A DNA stretch of 64,000 nucleotides from the IMG/VR virus record IMGVR_UViG_3300042199_000463, positions 11,218-75,217 of that record. One strand, written 5' to 3'. Below are positions 47,333 through 56,966 of this stretch, piece after piece. Made by a program: the position numbers and the translations under genes. The notes beneath the pieces are model-generated. The model searched no databases. It was not told where the DNA came from and was given only the letters and a program-made list of their open reading frames with translations. How positions within the stretch are numbered: the first letter of the stretch is position 1; each line of letters begins with the position of its first letter. Source of the DNA: a virus (taxonomy: Duplodnaviria > Caudoviricetes).

Positions 47333-47465
47333 TGAATGGAAAGCAATCCAAATGGCTAAGAAAAAACTGCAAAAAACTAGGCTCAAATTACAAGAATGCT
47401 AAAAAGCAATTTAAGACTTTGACGCATATTCAAAAGGGAAAGCTTAAAAAGGAAATGGAGAGATA

Positions 47466-47621
47466 ATGGCTTGGCGTCGCATAACCACTAAGGTTATTGA
47501 ACTTGTCCGTGAAAACACGGATTTACTTATTACAACTTTTTCAGATTCAAACTTGATTAAGATAGAATTTGTACCGCATCAAGAATTTCAGTGGTCATTT
47601 ATTACTGAGATACGAGAATGA
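47466..47621 (+). CDS. Hypothetical protein (51 aa)
   Basis: Hand-translated, GGAG RBS. Confidence 0.45.
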   Translation: MAWRRITTKVIELVRENTDLLITTFSDSNLIKIEFVPHQEFQWSFITEIRE

Positions 47622-47693
47622 ACATAGCTGAACTAAAACAAATCGCTGAAAGCTGCTTCGCCAATCCGTCCGATAACAACCGGATGTCTTGAG

Positions 47694-47912
47694 ATGAGTG
47701 ACGAATACTGCACAAGATGTGAGCGACCATTTTCAGTCACAGAAGTTAATATGTTGCGCGATTACGAAAAGCAGAAAAAGGAAACTATGCGATTTCAAGC
47801 CGCAGTTTCAGCAATGTCCGCGTTGATTTCCGCTGGTGCGACTAATTTTGAAAAGTGCGCGAGTGATGCAGTGCTTCACGGAGATGCACTTTTAGCGGAG
47901 CTAGAGAAATGA
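47694..47912 (+). CDS. Hypothetical protein
   Basis: CTRC; AAVSAMSALI...DALLAELEK phage motif. Confidence 0.6.
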   Translation: MSDEYCTRCERPFSVTEVNMLRDYEKQKKETMRFQAAVSAMSALISAGATNFEKCASDAVLHGDALLAELEK

Positions 47913-48268
47913 GCACGATTGAGCGATTGAAAGATTTGTACAGCAAGTCCACTCAGGGGAAGTGGTTTGTTTCGCATGATTATTCTTCAGAAGAACCGAT
48001 TGTGAAAACAGATTCGTATTCTGGAGAATGGTATCGTGGAAACATCGCTATGATTGTTTATGATGGATTGTCTGATTGGGAGAGGCCAAGCGCAAGTGCG
48101 GATGCGGAGTTGATTGCTGAAATGCGTAACGCCTTACCGAAACTACTGGCCGTGGTTGATGCGGCGAAAGAATTCAATCTGGCGATAATAGACGGAGCTG
48201 ATGGATTATATGTCGGTCATGAGGAAGTTCTTACGTTGATAGCAGCGTTGAGAGAATTGGAGCGTTAA
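47909..48268 (+). CDS. Accessory protein (ST.GKW...DAELIA type)
   Basis: Related to 27151 and 25531. Confidence 0.65.
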   Translation: MSTIERLKDLYSKSTQGKWFVSHDYSSEEPIVKTDSYSGEWYRGNIAMIVYDGLSDWERPSASADAELIAEMRNALPKLLAVVDAAKEFNLAIIDGADGLYVGHEEVLTLIAALRELER

Positions 48269-48456
48269 TGGCTGAATCATCGCAACAGCGTTACGAACGA
48301 AGTAAAGAACTAGATAACCGCATTTCTGAGCTGGAGCAAAAACTCGCCATCGCTCGTGAGGCTTTGAAAAAAATAGGCGAGTTGAGTGTCGATAGAGTAG
48401 ATCGACTTTATGCAAATGACGTTGCGCGAGCTGCGCTGGAGAAATTGAATGATTGA
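48268..48456 (+). CDS. Accessory coiled-coil protein
   Basis: Paralogous ends with 25759. Confidence 0.65.
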   Translation: MAESSQQRYERSKELDNRISELEQKLAIAREALKKIGELSVDRVDRLYANDVARAALEKLND

Positions 48457-48549
48457 TTGGTTACTACGCCATTACCGCCCGATTACTGTAACAACGTGGA
48501 TTGTGTTGGTGGTTTATTTTTTAGTTTTCGGGGGCAAACTGATTTTTGG

Positions 48550-48804
48550 ATGGCCAAATTGATCAACATCGAACTCCCAATTCAGCCGATCGACAAAGCT
48601 ACATTCTCTCTTGAGGATTTGGCGGAGTATTTGGCTCACGCTGTCGATGAAACGCAAGGTCAGTTTTTCAATGAGTTTGTTCAGCGGTTAAGAATGTGCT
48701 GTCAACCGCACATGGGCTGGCAGATGCAAGGGTTAATGCTTAAGAAGTATCTGAACGATGATGCGAAAGACTTTTTTAATTTTGTGGGAGTGGATGATGT
48801 TTGA
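48550..48804 (+). CDS. Accessory protein, paralogue of 26198-26443
   Basis: Likely ATG 48550. Confidence 0.7.
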   Translation: MAKLINIELPIQPIDKATFSLEDLAEYLAHAVDETQGQFFNEFVQRLRMCCQPHMGWQMQGLMLKKYLNDDAKDFFNFVGVDDV

Positions 48805-48910
48805 CTGGCTAGTTCATCTTTATCGACCGAAAAATGTAATAGAATGGATTGCGCTGGTTATTTATTTTCTGCTTATAGGTTCTACACTTATTTTTAGGTG
48901 GGAAAAGTGA
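48797..48910 (+). CDS. 37-aa single-TM peptide
   Basis: MFDWLVHLYRPKNVIEWIALVIYFLLIGSTLIFRWEK; coupled overlaps. Confidence 0.5.
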   Translation: MFDWLVHLYRPKNVIEWIALVIYFLLIGSTLIFRWEK

Positions 48911-49023
48911 TTGTCTCAATACTAGACTGGCTTATAGGCAGACTTCCCGCATGGTCTGCTACTTTGGTAGTTTTCTCATTGATATATGCACTCATTCACC
49001 TTTTATATTGGATTCTTAAATGA
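48907..49023 (+). CDS. 38-aa membrane peptide
   Basis: MIVSILDWLIGRLPAWSATLVVFSLIYALIHLLYWILK; GTGA/ATGA overlaps. Confidence 0.5.
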   Translation: MIVSILDWLIGRLPAWSATLVVFSLIYALIHLLYWILK

Positions 49024-49235
49024 CCACTAACCCCAACGATCCATTAACCGCGCACAATCTAAAGCACTTCGCAGCGATTGCGGCACTAAACGGCATAATC
49101 TCTCATGAAGGCGCACCCGCGAAAGACAATTTAGATTACAAATCAGTCGTCGAAAATGACGTCGTTCGCGCCATCGACTATGCAGATAAACTTGTGGAAT
49201 TGTTGCACGTGGAACAAGAGGTTAGTGAGCGGTAA
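49020..49235 (+). CDS. Accessory protein, paralogue of 27438-27632
   Basis: 83% identity over 64 aa. Confidence 0.75.
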   Translation: MTTNPNDPLTAHNLKHFAAIAALNGIISHEGAPAKDNLDYKSVVENDVVRAIDYADKLVELLHVEQEVSER

Positions 49236-49275
49236 CCAAGCTGCCGCCCTCAGCTCTAACAAAAGAGCTAGTGAA

Positions 49276-49332
49276 TTAACACTTAGCTTTCTTCTTGCCG
49301 GTTTTTTTAACCGATTTCTTTGGCTTCGCCAT
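49276..49332 (-). CDS. Lys-rich micropeptide MAKPKKSVKKTGKKKAKC (18 aa)
   Basis: TAAGGAG RBS; upstream extended -10 TGCTACAAT; downstream AGCTCT/AGAGCT hairpin. Confidence 0.65.
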   Translation of the reverse strand: MAKPKKSVKKTGKKKAKC

Positions 49333-49689
49333 GAGCGACTCCTTATTAAATTGTAGCATGATTGCTCTAATTACATTGAAGGTTGTTTTTATGTTCAAGT
49401 CAATAAAAAGATTCATAGGAAAGTTCAGACTTCCTATCGTTGTCAAGAGAACGGAAAACTACATTCAGATTTGTTTGTTTCGCAGCATGTTTACAAGCTA
49501 CAAGAAAAGAAAAAAGAGAATACGGTGAAGTCATCGTATTCTCTCTAGGACATGAATTGGTCGCACAGTTATTCTACTTTAACAGCGAGCGATTCTGCAA
49601 CGGCTGCGACAAGTTTGTCGTCGAGAGCGTTTGATGTTTCTTTCGCCAAGGCGTGCAATCCATAAACAATCACTTTCGAGAAGAAGGCT

Positions 49690-49905
49690 TCAGAAGCCAG
49701 TTTCCATAGAAGACCCATCATAAGCTTTGCAAGAGCTTGTGCCATCATTTTTTGTCTCCAAATTCCTGATTTTGTAAAATGCCGCGTCGATGTCTTTTCG
49801 CATTTTGAAAATTGCTTTTATGGCCCATAGCGCGCCTGAACCCATCGCTCCTAAAAGCATCAAAAGTGCGCCTGTTACGATGTCTTTTAGTTCAATGACG
49901 TCCAC
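49690..49905 (-). CDS. Holin-like TM plus coiled-coil protein
   Basis: 71 aa at the end of late operon B. Confidence 0.5.
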   Translation of the reverse strand: MDVIELKDIVTGALLMLLGAMGSGALWAIKAIFKMRKDIDAAFYKIRNLETKNDGTSSCKAYDGSSMETGF

Positions 49906-50282
49906 AAAATCCCTACCAGCAAGCCCAAAATTGCAAACATTACATAGTAAAGTTTCGCAGGGATTTTGATCGTTGTAAATACAGTGACAGGTTTTGCGTC
50001 AGGAACTTTGACCATGATCTCAGGTTGCCGCACTTCGATTTTGAAGTCTTTCGACGCAATCTTTTCCAGAGTGGTGCGAATTAAGGCTAATTCGTCCGCG
50101 AAAACTTGGAATTTGTCGTCGTCTTGTAGCGTTTTGGCGAGCTGTTTTAGTTCTTCGCTCATTTCGTGAACGGCGGCGAGCATGTGCGGCTCGCCTTCAA
50201 GTTGCACGCGCACGCGGTCGATAGTCGCGGAAATGCTGGCTTCCGTGGTGCCGCCTTTGCCGACGTCTGAAAAACTAGCCAA
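49887..50282 (-). CDS. Coiled-coil protein with C-terminal TM anchor
   Basis: 131 aa. Confidence 0.55.
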   Translation of the reverse strand: MASFSDVGKGGTTEASISATIDRVRVQLEGEPHMLAAVHEMSEELKQLAKTLQDDDKFQVFADELALIRTTLEKIASKDFKIEVRQPEIMVKVPDAKPVTVFTTIKIPAKLYYVMFAILGLLVGILWTSLN

Positions 50283-51342
50283 TGCGCACCGCCCAGATTT
50301 CGCCCTTATGACGTGGCGTGCCTGACGTGTAGTCGAATTTGCTGTTTAGGTAATAGGTCGTCGTGCTAGATAGCGTTACGAGCTTAGGCGGAGCTGAAAA
50401 CTGTGGATTTTCGCCTGAAATCATCTGATAGGCGTGACGTGAAAAGTCAAATGTGCCCACGTTTGAGCCGTTCGATGTGTCAGATAGTCCTGCGGAAACG
50501 CCTTGGGTTAAAACCGCACCGTTTTCCTCAAAAGCTAGTACGCCGTAAATGATCCATAGGCCCGCTGTGACAGATAAGGACGTGACCGAACCATACGAGC
50601 CAGACGCCGCGACTCCGGTTGCTGTAAACGTCGCCTGAGATGCTTGCAGCTTTTCGCCAATCTTACCTGTACTTGGCGAAAGTCCGTCTGTACGTGCCGT
50701 TAATGCGTCTGTATTGAGTGTTTGAAACGACTTGTCGCCACGCCAAAACTGCGACGTGGTTCCAGACGTGATAGCTGGTTCTTTGCTGTTAAACGTAGTC
50801 CAGTCTGCAGAATCGAGGAACCCGTCAGTCGAGCCGTTCGCTTGCGGTATGGCAATCGTGCGGTCAGCGGACAAATCGCCGCCGCCTGTGATCGGAGCTG
50901 TCGTATTGATAGCCCGTGACGTCGAAACTTTATTGTTAAACGTAGTCCAGTCAGCGGATTTTAGGACACCGGTTTGTGAGCCAGATGCTTCCTCGATAAC
51001 GGTACGTATCCCGTCCGCCTGAATGGAATTTGTGGCCTTGAAAAATCCTGCACCCGCCGCCGCTGCAGATAGCTTTAGGTCAGCAGTTAAAACGCCGCCC
51101 GTTACGGTCAAATCGACCGAATTTGTGTCGTTTACCGCGACACTTGCAAGCTCAGTGTCGATCGGATCCCAGACGTCGGACGTAACCGTGTAAACGACAC
51201 CTGTATCAAGTGTGAGTCTGATCGTTCCGTCAGGATCTCCGCTCGGTAAAGCAGCAAAGTTTGCTACGGGATCACCGAAATACGCCGATCCACCGCCGCC
51301 GGAAGTCAGACAACAGGAAATTTCTAAATATGTGCCAGCCAT
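50275..51342 (-). CDS. Fibre-like virion protein
   Basis: SADWTTFN.K repeat x2; beta-rich C-terminal domain. Confidence 0.65.
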   Translation of the reverse strand: MAGTYLEISCCLTSGGGGSAYFGDPVANFAALPSGDPDGTIRLTLDTGVVYTVTSDVWDPIDTELASVAVNDTNSVDLTVTGGVLTADLKLSAAAAGAGFFKATNSIQADGIRTVIEEASGSQTGVLKSADWTTFNNKVSTSRAINTTAPITGGGDLSADRTIAIPQANGSTDGFLDSADWTTFNSKEPAITSGTTSQFWRGDKSFQTLNTDALTARTDGLSPSTGKIGEKLQASQATFTATGVAASGSYGSVTSLSVTAGLWIIYGVLAFEENGAVLTQGVSAGLSDTSNGSNVGTFDFSRHAYQMISGENPQFSAPPKLVTLSSTTTYYLNSKFDYTSGTPRHKGEIWAVRIG

Positions 51343-51354
51343 ATCGTAACTCTC

Positions 51355-51684
51355 TTAGAAGCGGTTTGTTGGCTCTTTCAAAACTGCAGTAGCGGTCATC
51401 GTGCCAGTTCCAGAGCTTGGAACCCACTTAACACGGTAGTACATATAGTTACCGCCGCTCACGTTATAAACGTGGGATGCGCCAGATGCGATCGACTGCG
51501 ACGTGCCAGAAATGGTCACATAGTTCACGTTCGTGTTCGACGCCTCAAGTGTGAGCGTGCCGTTCAGTGTTCCAGAGCTGAAATCAATCTGTACGCTGTA
51601 TTCACGCTGATCGCCGATGTTTACACCGATTGACGTTTGTGTTACGGCGGCATTTGCGGCACTTAGTAGTTGGTCGATTTTCAT
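51355..51684 (-). CDS. Small beta-sandwich virion protein, paralogue of 38052-38399
   Basis: Shared GTL.LE.SN motif. Confidence 0.6.
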   Translation of the reverse strand: MKIDQLLSAANAAVTQTSIGVNIGDQREYSVQIDFSSGTLNGTLTLEASNTNVNYVTISGTSQSIASGASHVYNVSGGNYMYYRVKWVPSSGTGTMTATAVLKEPTNRF

Positions 51685-53735
51685 TTGTTCTCCTTATTGA
51701 GATATTTTTGAGCGAGCATTTTTGCTTCGTCAAATTTGTCGCTGTGAATCAATTCTTGAAACATTCTATATTGTTCCGTGGGCATTGCATTATAAAGAAA
51801 GTCGTCAAGTTTGCGGTACGCCGAGGATGTGGCCTTGTTATTCATTGTTGGGTCTTTTTTTAGCATACCGGCAAGATTGTCGAATTCGTCGATTTTGGGC
51901 ACGTCATCAGCCTGATTTTTGATGAAATCTAGCTTTCTGGAAATGGCCTGGCTTTTCGGATCGTATTTTTCACGAATCTGATTAGCCGCTTTCATGAGCG
52001 TTTCTTCACTTTCTTCAGGATTCAGCTTTCTAAGGGCGTTATAGGCTTCTTTTAAATTTCCTTTTTGAAACATTCTGATGACGACAAGAGGGATAGCGAT
52101 TCCGGCCATGCCCACTTGCGCAAGTCCTGACGCGTCAAGCGCATCGGCTGCGTACTTGTATGGGCCTTCTTTTGGTGTCATCGTGCTTTCTGCGACGGCT
52201 TTTGCGTACTCTGGATCGGAATTCATCAAAAGATGATGTTGCACGACTAGACTTTCATATCCTGACGCGCCCGCTGCGGACAAAATTTGTCCCCATTTTT
52301 GAAACTTTTCAGGATTTTTCGTAAGCATATTTTTAACAGCATTTGCCGATCTTGCCGCGAATGCCGAACCGCGCTCACGAATCAGCTTGTGACCTGCGCC
52401 AGCGGCACCGGCCATTAGCATCTTGTCAACAGTATCTCCGCCCGATCCTAGTCCGCCCATCGTCGCCGCGATGTAGTCTGTTGGCGAAATCTGACGATTG
52501 CTTGCGTCTTTTAGAGCGCGCTCAGTCGATGCCGCTGCTAAGTTTTTATACTGGCCGTACTGCTTTTTCATGGGTATGAATTGTTCAAGAGCTGATTTTG
52601 CTTCTTCTGGAATCCATGAAGCACGTGACGCGGCGTCAACGGCGTCGTCAATCGCTTTGGTGTGAATTCCATAAAGCTTGTTCGTTACGTCTTTGTTGCT
52701 GACAAGCATATCTGGAGTTTGTGGCTCGAACTTGAACATGTTCTTGCGTTTCAAAGCTTCTTCAAACGTGAGCGAACGTCCTGCAACTATTTCCGCTTCT
52801 TTTGCGATTCTTTCTTTGAGAGCGTTGCCGCCCACGGTGTCCGGAATCGTTTCAGCGTAGGCGAGCATTTTTTGTGCGATGTCATCGCCAGATACCGATC
52901 CTTGTGGCGCGATTTGATCGACGATTTTTCCGATCTCGCCCAAAACTTCGCCAGTTTTTTCTGTTTTGGCTTGAAGTCTTGGAGCTATGTCCGCTGGTTT
53001 TCCAAACCAAGGAATGTCTTGGTTTTCTAGCATCAACTCGCCAGCTTCTTTTCTTTTTGCTGCCATTTTTTCAAAATTGATGCTTCCTTTCGGAAGTCCA
53101 GCAAGCCTTCTTTCTTGTGCGATGCTTTGCCCGATCGCCGCTTTTACTGCACGATCCGCTGCAAATTCGCCAATTTTTGGTGCGACTTTTCCTGCTACTT
53201 TTTCTAAGCCTGTACCTATGGCTTTACCAACTTTCCCGACGCTACCAATCGGAGCGTAAGTGAGTGGATCGGTCATGAAATCAAAACCAGCTCCAGCAAT
53301 ATCGGCAGGCGACATTTTAACGTCAGGGAATGGCCCCATCGGTTTGAGATGTATTCTTTTTTCTGTCGGCACGCCGTAACCGGCCATGACTTCGGAAGCT
53401 GGCGGAGCTTTTTCGCCAAATCCAGACGTGTACGCGCTAACAGCTTCTGAAAATGGTTTTCCTTGCTGGCGCGCTAAAAGATATGCGCGTAGCGGTGATC
53501 CAAGTGGATTGTACTTGTCCACGCCTTCGATCGCTTCGCCGACACGCTGCTGCATGAATTTTCCAATATCGCGCACGCCTTCTGGCGGCCCGTATTGTGG
53601 ATTTTTTAAACGATTTACACGCGATTCAAGTTCAGACATTTGCTCGTCAGAAATAAAACCAGAATTCTGATTTTCTTCTAACGCTTTCATCTGTTCGTCT
53701 GTAAGGAATTTAGGCATTAAGGTATCTCCTGCCAT
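51681..53735 (-). CDS. Large ejection/internal virion protein (B)
   Basis: 684 aa, A/K/G-rich helical, last of four ejection-like genes. Confidence 0.65.
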   Translation of the reverse strand: MAGDTLMPKFLTDEQMKALEENQNSGFISDEQMSELESRVNRLKNPQYGPPEGVRDIGKFMQQRVGEAIEGVDKYNPLGSPLRAYLLARQQGKPFSEAVSAYTSGFGEKAPPASEVMAGYGVPTEKRIHLKPMGPFPDVKMSPADIAGAGFDFMTDPLTYAPIGSVGKVGKAIGTGLEKVAGKVAPKIGEFAADRAVKAAIGQSIAQERRLAGLPKGSINFEKMAAKRKEAGELMLENQDIPWFGKPADIAPRLQAKTEKTGEVLGEIGKIVDQIAPQGSVSGDDIAQKMLAYAETIPDTVGGNALKERIAKEAEIVAGRSLTFEEALKRKNMFKFEPQTPDMLVSNKDVTNKLYGIHTKAIDDAVDAASRASWIPEEAKSALEQFIPMKKQYGQYKNLAAASTERALKDASNRQISPTDYIAATMGGLGSGGDTVDKMLMAGAAGAGHKLIRERGSAFAARSANAVKNMLTKNPEKFQKWGQILSAAGASGYESLVVQHHLLMNSDPEYAKAVAESTMTPKEGPYKYAADALDASGLAQVGMAGIAIPLVVIRMFQKGNLKEAYNALRKLNPEESEETLMKAANQIREKYDPKSQAISRKLDFIKNQADDVPKIDEFDNLAGMLKKDPTMNNKATSSAYRKLDDFLYNAMPTEQYRMFQELIHSDKFDEAKMLAQKYLNKENK

Positions 53736-54580
53736 CCGCCTTGAACTTTTTTGTATTTTTTACCGCCGATTATTTTTTCATCCGACTCAGGCTCAGTCTT
53801 AACTGTTGGTGCGATCATTTCTGGATTCAGTTTGTACTGACTTCCCATGGTTCTGTACTTGTTAGCGGCTTCGCCGTAGGCTTTCTGTCTTGTGACGTAA
53901 AGTTGCTTTGCCTGATTTTTGAAATCTGCTCTTTGAGCGTCGTTTAGACGCTCGCCGCTTATAATTTTATTGTACATGTTGTAAATTCTGTCAGGGACGC
54001 TACCAGCATTTTGCGCGTTAGCGAATTCGCCTTCACGGACAGTCGATCCAGGGTCAAGCATTTTCATGTACGAGAATATGAGCGACAAGTCACCGGCTGG
54101 CGACGGCTCAATGCTACTAATTACTTTGTAACTGTCTTCTACGGTCTTAAACTGTTTTGCTTCTGGCGATCCTTCAAACTCTTTTCTTAATGTCGTTTCT
54201 TGTCTAAAAGTATCAGGCGGCTTTGGCAATGCCGCTGGTTTTGGCGTAGCCTTATCCGACGCGGCACGTTTTGTTTCAAAAAATTTTCCCATCAAATAGT
54301 CACGAACTTTTTGTTTTCTTTCCACGTCCGCCATTTGCGGCGCGCCAATAGGAGCGAAATCAGATTCCTGTCTTTCAGGCATTTTTCCGCTAATCGAACC
54401 AAATCCGCGAGCCGCACCCATGAGCTTATTGCTTAATGCGCGACTTCTCATTTGCTCAGATTGCGCTGATCCAATATCAAAACGCTGTTGATCAAGATCG
54501 GAGCTGTCAACGGCTTCTACGGGAACTTCGTCGCCATATTTTTCAAAAAGACGTCTATATAATTCTAGTTTTGGATCCAT
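53717..54580 (-). CDS. Ejection/internal virion protein (B)
   Basis: GDLSLIFSYMKMLDPGSTVREGEF motif typical of internal virion proteins. Confidence 0.7.
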   Translation of the reverse strand: MDPKLELYRRLFEKYGDEVPVEAVDSSDLDQQRFDIGSAQSEQMRSRALSNKLMGAARGFGSISGKMPERQESDFAPIGAPQMADVERKQKVRDYLMGKFFETKRAASDKATPKPAALPKPPDTFRQETTLRKEFEGSPEAKQFKTVEDSYKVISSIEPSPAGDLSLIFSYMKMLDPGSTVREGEFANAQNAGSVPDRIYNMYNKIISGERLNDAQRADFKNQAKQLYVTRQKAYGEAANKYRTMGSQYKLNPEMIAPTVKTEPESDEKIIGGKKYKKVQGGWQEIP

Positions 54581-54588
54581 GTTTTACC

Positions 54589-55578
54589 TCAATATCCGTA
54601 TTTTGCGCGCAATTCGTTTTCTTTTTCTTGTTCGCTCTTACCCTGCTGATATTCCATTCCTGCTTCGCCGAGTCCCTGAATGGCTTGCGAGCGGTCGCGA
54701 CTTGATCCGATAACGTCGGCAATCTGTTCTCTTGCAAGCCCCGCGCGGTCTCCTGTGATTCCACGCTCATTAACAAATTTTTGTTGCGCGACTTCATTTC
54801 GTCTGTCGATCACACCTTGATTATACTTGTTTCTCATGTCGATGTTAGCTTCGCCGACTCGCTGTTTCAAATTGGCTTGACGCAAGTTCGCTTCGTTAAG
54901 CATGTTCGCACGCTGATTTGCCCATTGCTGCTGAGCTGATGTCGATCGTTGATTAAACGCGTTTATAATGTCTGCATTTCTACTTTGCAGCTCAGACTGC
55001 TGACCGTAGATGTTTCCTGCCATGTTTCCAGATTCGCGAACGGCTTGCTGCCTGTTGCGGAATGCTTCGATCGCTGCAGCGCGTCCTAATTCCGCGCCAC
55101 GCGCCATGGCTTGACCAACTCCCGCCATCTGCGAAGCTAGTTCCATGCCTGAGCCAAGTTGACCACGACGTTGCATCTGAGCTAGTACGGCTTGACGCTG
55201 CTGTTCCGCGTTTGCTGCCGCTGATGCGTCCGCTTGTTCTAGCATCGCCATCAAAGCAGGGTCGCGTTCCATTTGTGCGGATTGACGCATTTGCGTGAGC
55301 GCGTCAAGTTGCGCTTTTCGCGACTCTTGCATCGGCGCATTTTCTTGCACAAGCGTCGGAGCGATTTCAGCGATATACGGAGCAGCTTCTGGTACAAATG
55401 TACCGATGATTTGATATTCTTCTGGCTTGATCATCGTAGGATCAAGGTCAGGCATTTGAAGCTTGTTATACAGAGCTTCGATTTTTCGACGCTGTGCCGC
55501 CGTGTCTTTTCTAGCCTGCTCTGAGTTTAAATACTGAGCTAGTGCTGTTACTGCAGCTACTGCGATCATTCCCCACAT
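54589..55578 (-). CDS. Ejection/pilot protein (B)
   Basis: Hydrophobic N-terminus, Q/A-rich. Confidence 0.65.
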   Translation of the reverse strand: MWGMIAVAAVTALAQYLNSEQARKDTAAQRRKIEALYNKLQMPDLDPTMIKPEEYQIIGTFVPEAAPYIAEIAPTLVQENAPMQESRKAQLDALTQMRQSAQMERDPALMAMLEQADASAAANAEQQRQAVLAQMQRRGQLGSGMELASQMAGVGQAMARGAELGRAAAIEAFRNRQQAVRESGNMAGNIYGQQSELQSRNADIINAFNQRSTSAQQQWANQRANMLNEANLRQANLKQRVGEANIDMRNKYNQGVIDRRNEVAQQKFVNERGITGDRAGLAREQIADVIGSSRDRSQAIQGLGEAGMEYQQGKSEQEKENELRAKYGY

Positions 55579-55580
55579 AG

Positions 55581-56966
55581 CTATCTCCTTTTAAGTACGT
55601 TCTTAACGACGGTTTTCGCGCTCTTTTTCGTGGGCTTTACAGCAAGTTCCTCAGCCAATTTCGAGTATGGAACTTTCACCGGCTCACCGCGACTGCGCGT
55701 TGCTTTTTCAGTTTCTTTTGTGGGCTTTTCGACAAGATTTTTTTCAATTTGCCTTGGCAAACTTTCTTGATTTGATTTTGTTACGTTCGGTTCAATTTGA
55801 CCGAATTCGCCAACGGGCTGTACAGGCCCTTTCGCCGCTAACGCATCGGCCATGCCTTGCTTAATGCGAGCAAGATCGTATCCACCGCCGACCGTAGGCT
55901 GACGTCCTGCAACCGCCGTGTCGGTCAATCCCAAAAGTCCCGCCAAGTTATTGTAATACGATGCCTCGCCCTCATCCATGAAGGCCATGGGATCGTCCAT
56001 TGATCCAGAGACAGTCGGAGTGTAATACTGATTAACGTCGAAACGACTACGAAGCGCGTTTCTATCAAACATCTTTCCTTCTGCAGCAAGTTCATTCGCG
56101 GCCATTTCGTAAGCTTGCGCTGCTTCTTCTTCTGTTCCGCGATGTTTTGGATAGCTTTCTTTGAATGCCGCCATTTCAGGATTTTGTGCTGCTATCAAGT
56201 TTTCGCGCATTTTGGTTAGTGCGTCGCGAACTTGTTTTTGTTTTGTCTCGTAAGCAGTTTTAGCTTCGCCGCGCTCTTGTCCGGTCAAAGACGCTTCCTG
56301 TTGTGCGCGCTGCGCTTCTACCGCACCTTTTTGAGCTTGCAAACTTTCTTGCTGCTGCTTAAACGCGCCGCTTTTGCCGAGTAACGCCGCGTCAAGTCGG
56401 CTCATGCCCTTGGAATACTCAGGGCCACGACGCTCTTGCAAATACGATGCAAGTTGCTCTTGAGATTTTGGAATCGCAATATCAGACGTCGAAACGCCCG
56501 ATTGATATTCTTCGATGTCCGACAAATACGGCGTTTGCAAAAGCTTTTGAATGTCGCCTGTTTTTCCAGCTCTGACGTTCGACTCCAAATCTTTCAAATA
56601 GTCAGGCGTTTTAGCTGCAGCTTGCGCGCCTTTTTGACCGTAGCTTTCCGCTTCTTTTTGGAGCGCGTCTTGCTTTTGACTAATCGCCGATCCAATGTCA
56701 GAGAATACATTTGCAGCTCCTGCTGTCGGCTGATTCATCGCAGCTTGTGACTGCCCTGCTGCAGCTTGCGTCAATCCAAGACTTTTCTGACTGCCAGTAT
56801 CCGATACAGGAGGCGCACCCACGGAACCACCGTCACCTGTAAGTTTTAATCCAGCGGATTTTTGTGCCCCACCGCCTTGCTCTTGCGGTTGCCCGCCGCC
56901 GAAGATGTTTTGCTTGTCATCTTGTTGGCCCATTTGTGATGCGAGCTTAGAAAAAACATAAGGCAT
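55581..56966 (-). CDS. Internal virion protein (B)
   Basis: 461 aa, Q/G/A-rich, directly after portal B. Confidence 0.6.
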   Translation of the reverse strand: MPYVFSKLASQMGQQDDKQNIFGGGQPQEQGGGAQKSAGLKLTGDGGSVGAPPVSDTGSQKSLGLTQAAAGQSQAAMNQPTAGAANVFSDIGSAISQKQDALQKEAESYGQKGAQAAAKTPDYLKDLESNVRAGKTGDIQKLLQTPYLSDIEEYQSGVSTSDIAIPKSQEQLASYLQERRGPEYSKGMSRLDAALLGKSGAFKQQQESLQAQKGAVEAQRAQQEASLTGQERGEAKTAYETKQKQVRDALTKMRENLIAAQNPEMAAFKESYPKHRGTEEEAAQAYEMAANELAAEGKMFDRNALRSRFDVNQYYTPTVSGSMDDPMAFMDEGEASYYNNLAGLLGLTDTAVAGRQPTVGGGYDLARIKQGMADALAAKGPVQPVGEFGQIEPNVTKSNQESLPRQIEKNLVEKPTKETEKATRSRGEPVKVPYSKLAEELAVKPTKKSAKTVVKNVLKRR

